Assembly: GCF_011601265.1 (NCBI RefSeq)
Contig: NZ_JAAOLX010000017.1
Span: 1 to 32,000, forward strand
Length of the DNA: 32,000 bases
Source: Iodobacter violaceini
GTDB lineage: Bacteria > Pseudomonadota > Gammaproteobacteria > Burkholderiales > Chitinibacteraceae
Direction of reading: 5' to 3'
Made by a program: the position numbers and the translations under genes. The notes under the pieces were generated by a model. The model worked only from the letters and a program-made list of their open reading frames with translations, made no database searches and was not told the origin of the DNA. Positions 25,566 to 32,000 of this stretch are shown here, piece by piece. Within the stretch, counting starts at the first letter, position 1. Every line of letters begins with the position of its first letter.

Positions 25566-25633
25566 AAAATGGGCGGGTGAAGTATACCCGATAAAAAAGA
25601 TGCCATTATTGGTAGTACGGCGCTGGATTCAAT
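25566..25633 (+). pseudogene. Degenerate 5' remnant of the immunity gene (third copy)
   Basis: aaaatgggcgggtgaagtatacccgataaaaaagatgccattattggtagtacggcgctggattcaat aligns with the first ~65 nt of 24824-25510. It reads M-G-G-stop. Confidence 0.7.
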
Positions 25634-26140
25634 GAAAAATAATTTAATAAAAAAATTAAAAAACACGGTTGGATTTTTGAGCATACTGATAAAAATAGTA
25701 AAGAAAAGGATAATAAAGAAATTGAAATAATTAAAAAAACATGCATCAACCTCTACAAATGGTGCTCTTTTTTTGATGCGTTATATAGCAGTGCAGATGA
25801 TGAATGGTTTTTATCTTTAAATGATTTTAGAAATAATTCCGACTCTTCTTTTTCATGGAATAAATTTGAGAAGATATGTATTGAATCTTGTTCTAGTCCA
25901 AAAGAAGAAATAGAGGTAAAAATTTTTTGGAGTGGTCATTTACCTATTTTTATGTCAACAAAAAGTGGATATCAATACTGGGCAATAAAAACAAGTGGTG
26001 AGAATATTGGGGCTATATATTACGGTAGAGAACCGGAGTTCGAAGAGGTAACCAAAATCGCAGAAAATTTCGACGATTTGATAAAAAAAATTAATTTATC
26101 TCTTGATACAAACAATAAGATACTTGGCATTGATTTTTAA
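25632..26140 (+). pseudogene. SUKH/SMI1-KNR4-like orphan immunity gene, frameshifted in an A7 run
   Basis: The reading frame is open from 25643 to 26140 (166 codons; the track only lists the last 62 aa). It contains ...SFSWNKFEKICIESCSSPKEEIEVKIFWSGHLPIFMSTKSGYQYWAIKTSGENIGAIYYGREPEFEEVTKIAENFDDLIKKI, like SMI1/KNR4-family proteins as I remember them (FW..hlP...s..g.Y.ylai......G.v..geePefEe...vA.sF..fl). The only plausible start, ATG 25632 (MKNNLIKK), is one frame off, and the A7 run lies at 25649-25655. GC is very low. Confidence 0.5.
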
Positions 26141-26205
26141 TGATTGTTTTTTTTATAAAATACAATCATTAAAATATAACATATGTGTTTTTTGAGGAGG
26201 CGGCA

Positions 26206-26892
26206 ATGGGCTGGTGGAATATACCCGATCAAAAGGATGCCGTTATTGGTGATGCGGTACTGGATTCAATACGGCATTTTTTAAAAGAATTTAGCCATGA
26301 ATATACCGAGGATTTAGGCAGAAAACCAACTCTGCTTGAACTTGAATATGCATTATCACTGGCATTTAAAGTAAATGTAGATGATGAAATTGCCAGTGGC
26401 ATGGAAGAGCTTGAAATTAAGCAAGTCGTATTAAAAACGGCTAAACGACCAAAGCGGTTTAAACCTCTGCCGGGTGATTTATTTGCTTTTCGCTATGACG
26501 AAAAACATTATGGTTTTGGCCGGTTGATCTCAAATGTCAGTATGGGAATGGTTGCGGAAATTTATGATTATTTTTCTGGCTCCCCTATATTTGATCCAAA
26601 TCGCTCAGAAAAATGGTTAGTTGATCCCGTATTACTTGATTCATTTGGCTTGTTTGAACGCAGGTCGGAAGGTGAATGGTTAATTATAGGAAAAACACCT
26701 GATTACGTTGCTCCTGAAAAATTCAATGACGTGTTTTTTGTTACTGGCACCCCTGGCAAGTTCCAAGCTGTGCGAGTTGATAATTCTAGATTTGATATTA
26801 GCCAAGAGGCAGCCATTGGCCATAGAAGATATTCAAGCTGCGGCGACACTCAAATAAAAGACCTTATTTCCGAAGCTTTAAAAAACAAATGA
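26206..26892 (+). CDS. Immunity protein paralog (copy b), diverged in the C-terminal half
   Basis: ATG 26206 is preceded by GAGGAGG; the track start 26185 is a GTG. The first ~100 aa are almost identical to copy a (3 differences by eye), and the remaining ~128 aa are roughly 75% identical. Confidence 0.7.
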   Translation: MGWWNIPDQKDAVIGDAVLDSIRHFLKEFSHEYTEDLGRKPTLLELEYALSLAFKVNVDDEIASGMEELEIKQVVLKTAKRPKRFKPLPGDLFAFRYDEKHYGFGRLISNVSMGMVAEIYDYFSGSPIFDPNRSEKWLVDPVLLDSFGLFERRSEGEWLIIGKTPDYVAPEKFNDVFFVTGTPGKFQAVRVDNSRFDISQEAAIGHRRYSSCGDTQIKDLISEALKNK

Positions 26893-26928
26893 ACGAACAG
26901 GGGGCAATATTATTGCTCCCTGTTCGTT
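26892..26928 (+). terminator. 17-bp hairpin after immunity copy b (homologous to 25517-25547 but longer stem, poor T-run)
   Basis: aacgaacagggggcaat-att-attgctccctgttcgtt. Confidence 0.5.
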
Positions 26929-26946
26929 TATAGAAGGATTTTGGAA

Positions 26947-27751
26947 ATTCATCTGGGACGGCGACGTGATCGCCCTGGAAAAAACCGCCGAACACACCCA
27001 CCACTACCTGTTCGAGCCCAACAGCTTTGTGCCGCTGGCGCAAATCGTCTCCGCCAACGACAGCGAACAAGAACACACCGCCTACTACCACGTAGACCAC
27101 CTCGGCACGCCGCAAACACTCAGCGATGAAAACGGCGAAATTGCGTGGAGCGCTGAATATAAAGCGTGGGGAGAAGCAAAAACCATTATCAGCGAAGCGG
27201 CTAAAACAGCAGGTATCAACAACCAGCTACGTTTCCAAGGCCAATACACCGATGAAGAAAGCGGCTTGCATTACAATCGATACCGCTATTACGACCCGGA
27301 GATTGGGCGGTTTATTAGTAGTAATCCGATTAAATTAGCGGGCGGAAGTAATTTACACCAATTTGCGCCGAATCCGATAAGTTGGCTTGATCCACTGTGG
27401 CTGGCACGTATTAAAAATGCAGTAGAAGGTGATCGCCGCCATCAAGAATTTAATGAAATAATAAAGGCTGAAAATACACATGCAAAAATTCAAAGTGAAT
27501 GCTATCTACGTGACAAAAATGGAAAGTCTGTTAAAGATCCCATTACAGGTGAACGCCGGCGTGTAGATACAGCTGTAATTGAAAATGGTAAGGCGAAAAC
27601 TTATGAGGTGACAAGTACTAGTGCAGATAAACAAGAGCAGCTCGCTAAAGAAGGTCGAATTATGGGAAATGGTGGAAATTACATCCGTGACCGTAGTACT
27701 GGCGAGTTAATTCCAACAAGTGGTCTTTCTGAAATTGTTAGGTTGCCATAA
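26947..27751 (+). CDS. Orphan Rhs C-terminal cassette 1 (5'-truncated, no ATG/SD), restriction-endonuclease-fold-like toxin tip
   Basis: Nucleotides 26947-27403 are >90% identical by eye to rhs 23952-24408 (FIWDGDVIALEKTA...[12 protein letters not shown]). The frame is open from 26933 but has only a GTG at 26966. The junction motif is DPLWL instead of DPFGL. The tip (27404-27751) contains RRVDTAVIENGKAKTYEVTS...Q..K, a PD-(D/E)xK-like arrangement. Confidence 0.8.
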
Positions 27752-28090
27752 ATGAATGAAAATTATTTAGTTTTAATGTCAATCAATGAATTTGTATCTG
27801 CCTATAAAACAACCAATGCTAAAGGGGAGATAATTGATGACGTCGAATCTCAAGAGATGGTGCGAAGATCAATAACAGCATTGATTAATTTTTTTGCTGA
27901 AAACAACCTGCTTAATGACAAAAAAATTACAGAAACAAACAGAGAACTTAGGAGAGATGACTTTACTCCTGAAGGTCTTGAATTATTTATAAAAAAGGGT
28001 GGGGCTTGGTTAAAATCTAAAGCATCAAAAAAAGATCCGCCAAATATAAAACTATTGGAAAAAGCGCTTTTTTATATAAAGAAAAATTGA
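27752..28090 (+). CDS. Candidate immunity protein for orphan cassette 1
   Basis: A 112-aa ORF whose ATG abuts the toxin stop (taaATG). It is low in GC, small and acidic/helical in character. No family was recognised. Confidence 0.55.
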   Translation: MNENYLVLMSINEFVSAYKTTNAKGEIIDDVESQEMVRRSITALINFFAENNLLNDKKITETNRELRRDDFTPEGLELFIKKGGAWLKSKASKKDPPNIKLLEKALFYIKKN

Positions 28091-28108
28091 GTTAGTTAAA
28101 GCAAGAGA

Positions 28109-28158
28109 GTATGTTCATATTGATATACGAACATGCTAAATTATTATTTTTATATTTA
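28109..28158 (+). terminator. Imperfect hairpin plus T-rich tail after orphan-1 immunity gene
   Basis: gtatgttc(a)tat...ata(c)gaacatgc is followed by taaattattatttttatattt. Confidence 0.3.
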
Positions 28159-28436
28159 TCCTGTTTTTAATTTGTATGTTTGGCGAGCCATATATTGTCA
28201 ATATTTCGGTGGATTATATAAAAACTTAAACACTTAATTACGTTTTGATCGTTTTTCTAATAAATCAGTAAAACCACTCCGTCGCAGCATATAAAACTTA
28301 CGGGCCATTAAAAATTAACTCGCCCCCCAAAAAAACGATTGTACAGAAATCAAAATCTACTGAAGTACAATAAATGCATCATGACTTCACTATACACAAA
28401 CTACTAATCCAACTTTTACACCTTAGGAGTAAAGGA

Positions 28437-29159
28437 ATGATGGATTTAAAAAAATTAATAGCACAGCATTTTCCCGATGACATAGTAGAGGTTAAAGGAA
28501 TTTTAAAATTCACTTTGCACATGCCGAACGAAAAAATAGTTCATTACCTAAATATTGGATGCACGGATAAAAATATTAATAATTTAGCTATTTGTGTTGA
28601 TCATGATGATGATGAGTTTGCAATCGATTTATTAAAAAATGATGTTAAGCCATTGGAAGCACCAATTACTATAATTAATACTGAATTTGAAGACAAAAAA
28701 TTTGACTCCATTTTAATGGCTAGTGGCTTATATCACCGTCAACTAAGAGGGATAGTTAACGAATATAGGAATAATTTTTTTCTTTGCTTACCTATTTTTA
28801 AATCAGAATTTTTTGGGAATGAGACGGAAAAAGATTTTTTAGATACATGTGCTAAATTCACACCCGTTTATAATTGGAATCGAGAGAAAAACCCAAAATC
28901 TGTTGTTGCATTTAGCAACCCTAAAACAGGGGGAGGCACCATAAAAAAAGGCATTGTATTAGCTTTTCCTACAATTAAGAGGGAAATAAATAATATGGAC
29001 GGTGTTGAAGATGGAACAATGTTAATTACAAACTACAAAAATGAGAAGATTGATATACGATCAAGCACTAAAAATTTTAGTTTGAAAACAAACAAGACAG
29101 ATTTAACACTAGGTAATGACGAGTTAGTCAACTATATTTGGGATTTTATATCTATATAA
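28437..29159 (+). CDS. Hypothetical protein (~240 aa), no recognisable domain; possible orphan immunity gene
   Basis: The track ORF 28374-29159 was trimmed to ATG 28437, which is preceded by taggagtaaagga. GC is very low (~28% by eye). No motifs were recognised. Confidence 0.45.
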   Translation: MMDLKKLIAQHFPDDIVEVKGILKFTLHMPNEKIVHYLNIGCTDKNINNLAICVDHDDDEFAIDLLKNDVKPLEAPITIINTEFEDKKFDSILMASGLYHRQLRGIVNEYRNNFFLCLPIFKSEFFGNETEKDFLDTCAKFTPVYNWNREKNPKSVVAFSNPKTGGGTIKKGIVLAFPTIKREINNMDGVEDGTMLITNYKNEKIDIRSSTKNFSLKTNKTDLTLGNDELVNYIWDFISI

Positions 29160-29254
29160 TTTTAAAAAAATATACTACAGAAAGGGTATTTTATGCTACA
29201 TAAAACGTGCTCTTGTTGTTGAGTTAACAAGAAAATCCGGCGGCAGATCTTGCA

Positions 29255-29375
29255 TTAACATATCTGACGATTTTCATCTCGTTTTATGATTCGGCAAACC
29301 GTTGAGTAATGCACGCAAAAATACATCGCGATTTGCTGCATGCTGGGAATAACTGGGGTCAGAGTAAAATTAATT
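29255..29375 (-). pseudogene. Possible remnant of a resolvase/transposase-type C-terminal helix-turn-helix
   Basis: The last ~40 aa of track ORF 29255-29791(-) read TLTPVIPSMQQIAMYFCVHYSTVCRIIKRDENRQIC. This resembles the HTH_7-type pattern (IA..fgVs.sTvyRil.). The rest of that ORF is merely antisense to the orphan rhs arm, so no catalytic domain remains. Confidence 0.25.
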
Positions 29376-29428
29376 CTGCTTTCTTTTGCTCTAAGAGGAT
29401 TTAATTCTTTTCCGACTCCTATTATTTT

Positions 29429-30490
29429 AAGCAATACGCCGAAACCCATTACAAATACGACGCCCGCAGCAATCTGATTGAAAAGCAACAAGGCGAGCAG
29501 ATCACTAAATTCAGCTGGGATGGCTTCAACCGCCTGAGCAAAATCAGCAGCCAAGCGGGCGAAACCAAATACTTCTACGACGTATTCGGCCGCCGCATCG
29601 GCAAAGAAAACGCTCAGGGTAAGACAGAATTTATTTGGGACGGCGACGTCATCGCCCTGGAAAAAACCGCTGAACAAACACGTCATTACCTGTTTGAACC
29701 CAACAGCTTTATACCGCTGGCGCAAATCGTAGAAAAAGGCGAAAGCAGCCACGCCGCCTACTACCACGTGGATCAACTTGGTACGCCGCAAACGCTCAGT
29801 GACGAAAACGGCGAAATCGCATGGAGCGCGGAGTAGAAGGCTTGGGGCGAAGCGCAGGTCGTCATTAGTGAAGCGGCAAAGACAGCCGGTATCAATAACC
29901 CACTACGTTTCCAAGGCCAATACGCCGATGAAGAAAGTGGATTGCATTACAATCGATACCGCTATTACGACCCGGAGATTGGGCGGTTTATTAGTAGTGA
30001 TCCGATTGGTCTATTGGGGGGATTTAATACCCATGCTTATGCGCCAAATCCGGTTGAGTGGGTGGATTCATTAGGCTTAGCTAAAGCTAATTATAGATAT
30101 AAGCATGGCCCAAATGGTGAGCTACGTAGTGCTACAGCGAAAATAACTCAAGCAGATATCGGAAAAGGAACTTGTACTAATTGCTCTTCAAGAGCAAAAG
30201 CACGGGCTCTTGGTGAAGGATGCGACGATGCTGGGCATGCCATTGGTAAGCAACTTGGCGGAGATGGAGGCGTAAATGGTACTTTTCCTCAAAACCCTAA
30301 TATCAATCGTGGTGTTTTCAGAGATTTTGAAAATGATACTGCACGCAGAGTTCAAGCTGGTGACAATGTAATTTTACGTGTCACACCAGTTTATAACGCA
30401 GGCTCTACAAGGCCACATGAAGTTATTTATCAACGTCGAGTCAATGGCGTAACTGAACGTCATGTTTTCAATAACCCAGGATGCCCTTAG
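29429..30490 (+). pseudogene. Orphan Rhs C-terminal cassette 2, interrupted by in-frame TAG; Endonuclease_NS_2 / His-Me finger-like toxin tip
   Basis: Nucleotides 29429-30079 align with rhs 23752-24405 (KQYAETHYKYDARSNL...FIWDGDVIALEKTAEQTRHYLFEPNSFIPLAQ...). The conserved WSAEYKAWGE reads WSAE-TAG-KAWGE (TAG at 29834-29836). The junction is DSLGL. The tip (30080-30490) contains [37 protein letters not shown]...[25 protein letters not shown], like PF13930-type nucleases (D.GHli...lGG.....N..pQ...lNrg....E......G..V.v.v...Y.g...RP). Confidence 0.8.
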
Positions 30491-30499
30491 GAGATTAAA

Positions 30500-30916
30500 G
30501 TGGACAAAGAATTTATGACTGCATTTTTATCAGAAATGCTCGATTGGGAAGATTGGTTTGATAACATCAGAAAATCAGAATCCTATAAAAATGATGTAAG
30601 CAATCAATCGTCATCAAAAGCTGAAGCAAAAGAAAAAGCCAAGGCCATTATTGATAAATACTTATCAATAAAAGCCATCTCCAAAAACGGAGAGGCATTT
30701 CTCGCGGTTCTGCCGACAGCAAGGCCCCGATATTTCTCCCAAGAAATAGTCACCATAGAAGAAGATGGTAAAAAAATAAAAGTAATCACCCGAAACACCA
30801 AAAGCCCAAAAGCAAGAATAATGTATGTGTTGCTTAAAGGTGAAAGTGGCCTAAAAATAAATGAAATATACTCATCTTATGCTGATCAAGAATGGGATAA
30901 AAAGAGCAGTTTATAA
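30500..30916 (+). CDS. Candidate immunity protein for orphan cassette 2 (possibly RhsIA/NTF2-like)
   Basis: 138 aa with a GTG start at 30500. AGGAG lies 6 nt upstream and overlaps the toxin stop; an alternative ATG is at 30515. The position is the main evidence, and the family call is tentative. Confidence 0.6.
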   Translation: MDKEFMTAFLSEMLDWEDWFDNIRKSESYKNDVSNQSSSKAEAKEKAKAIIDKYLSIKAISKNGEAFLAVLPTARPRYFSQEIVTIEEDGKKIKVITRNTKSPKARIMYVLLKGESGLKINEIYSSYADQEWDKKSSL

Positions 30917-31054
30917 GCCAAAAATATAGATTTACCTTTGAAGAAACGACGTAAAAAGGATGCAGGACACCGATTTTAGCTTACTTGAGGTGCTGCCTAT
31001 TGTCTAGACACGACAATATTGAGAACAAACTGGAAGCAGACCACGGTTAATTAA

Positions 31055-32000
31055 ATGGAATGGGATGGCCAGCATGCCGATGCAAAGGCGATCCGCGAAT
31101 ACGCCGATGATGGCAGTATGGATATTCGTTTGGCGTGGGATAAAAACATTGACCTCACCTACGTCACCGATGCGCTGGGCCAAACCACCGAATATTACTT
31201 TGATGAAAAAGGCTACAACTACCGCATCATTTATCCAGACCATAATGAAGAATGGTTTAACTTTGATGCCAAAAAACAGCTCATCAGCCACATTTTTCCG
31301 GATGGCTCTACCGAGACATTTGAATACGACGATGAAGGCAATATGCTGCTGCACGAGCGGCAAGATGGCAGCGAAGTGCGGTTTAGTTACGATCAGCAGC
31401 AAAACCCGATCGAAATCCTTGATCCAACAGGGGAAAAATGGCTACGTGCTTACAACGCTAAAAACCAGCTGATCGAAGAAACCGATCCGCTAGGGCATAA
31501 AACGCAATACGCCTATAACGAGCAAGGCCTGCCCATCAGCATTACCGATGCCAAGGGCGGTAAAAAACAAATTAAATATCGCCCGGATGGCCTGCTGCAA
31601 AGCTATAGCGATTGCTCTGGCAAAACCAGCCAGTGGCAATACGATGCCCGTGGCCGCCTGATTGTTACGCAAGATGCCGCAGGTAATGCCAGCCAGTATC
31701 ACTATGGCAGCGATGGCCAGCTGGCTAAAATCATCAACCCCGATGGCACGCAGAATGAGCTGCAATACGATGCCGAAGGCCGCTTGCTCAGCCATGCCGA
31801 TGCCCTGCAGCGCAAAACGCAGTTTGAATACGACCGCGTAGGCCGGGTTAGCAGCCGCCTTGATGCGGCAGGCCAAACCCTCAGCTACCAATACGACAAA
31901 CTGGGGCGGCTTATCCAGCTGACCAATGAAAATAACGAGCATTACCGCTTTAGTTACGATCTGGCCAGCCGTTTGCAAGAAGAAACAGACTTTAGCAACC
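31055..32000 (+). CDS. rhs: 5'-truncated second rhs core (YD-repeat shell), continues beyond window end
   Basis: This is not in the ORF track because no stop falls within the window. My own translation from ATG 31055 is open to 32000: MEWDGQHADAKAIREYADDGSMDIRLAWDKNIDLTYVTDALGQTTEYYFDEKGYNYRIIYPDHNEEW...YDAEGRLLSHADALQRKTQFEYDRVGRV...YRFSYDLASRLQEETDFSN. It is collinear with the main Rhs from LEWDGSSATSKAIREF (nt ~22044) onward but much more diverged (~70% nt by eye). A TAA lies immediately upstream in frame. Confidence 0.85.
   Translation, partial: MEWDGQHADAKAIREYADDGSMDIRLAWDKNIDLTYVTDALGQTTEYYFDEKGYNYRIIYPDHNEEWFNFDAKKQLISHIFPDGSTETFEYDDEGNMLLHERQDGSEVRFSYDQQQNPIEILDPTGEKWLRAYNAKNQLIEETDPLGHKTQYAYNEQGLPISITDAKGGKKQIKYRPDGLLQSYSDCSGKTSQWQYDARGRLIVTQDAAGNASQYHYGSDGQLAKIINPDGTQNELQYDAEGRLLSHADALQRKTQFEYDRVGRVSSRLDAAGQTLSYQYDKLGRLIQLTNENNEHYRFSYDLASRLQEETDFSN

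Noticed and set aside
29255-29791. 178-aa minus-strand ORF overlapping orphan cassette 2
   Set aside because: From ~29430 upward it is antisense to the clearly homologous Rhs arm. Only its last ~40 codons (29255-29375) lie outside the arm, and these were kept as a low-confidence HTH remnant.
31004-31978. Track ORFs 31004-31402(-), 31065-31472(+), 31490-31978(-)
   Set aside because: All are shadow frames of the truncated rhs shell. The frame starting at 31055 translates into uninterrupted YD-repeat sequence collinear with the main Rhs.

Overview
This 32-kb window is a type VI secretion system (T6SS) locus plus its effector/immunity cargo. Two divergent operons leave a 214-bp AT-rich intergenic region (13185-13398). 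Minus strand, right to left: a TagX-like membrane-anchored M15 peptidase, tssM, tagF, tssB, tssC, hcp, an OmpA-like lipoprotein, vgrG1, a DUF4123 adaptor, then DUF3304-type lipoprotein genes. One of these carries a nonsense codon and two homopolymer frameshifts; the other runs off the window start. Plus strand: tssJ, tssK, tssL, tssE and vgrG2 (1111 aa, with a ~250-aa C-terminal extension containing four tandem ~40-aa repeats). Next is a 1488-aa Rhs effector with no PAAR/prePAAR domain, an unrecognised ~345-aa N-terminal domain and a GIY-YIG-like nuclease tip, followed by its immunity gene. A low-GC mosaic follows: a 5' remnant of the immunity gene, a frameshifted SUKH/SMI1-KNR4-like gene and a diverged second copy of the immunity gene. 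Then come orphan Rhs-CT cassette 1 (restriction-endonuclease-like tip plus immunity), an unknown ~240-aa ORF and a recombinase-type HTH remnant. Last are orphan Rhs-CT cassette 2 (Endonuclease_NS_2/His-Me-like tip, silenced by an in-frame TAG, plus immunity) and a 5'-truncated second rhs core running off the window end. No rRNA, tRNA, CRISPR array or intact transposase was seen. tssA, tssF, tssG, clpV and any PAAR gene are absent from the window. All family assignments come from motif recognition by eye and memory of family consensus patterns; no HMM or BLAST search could be run. The ORF track uses alternative start codons (TTG/GTG), so several starts were re-evaluated by hand.
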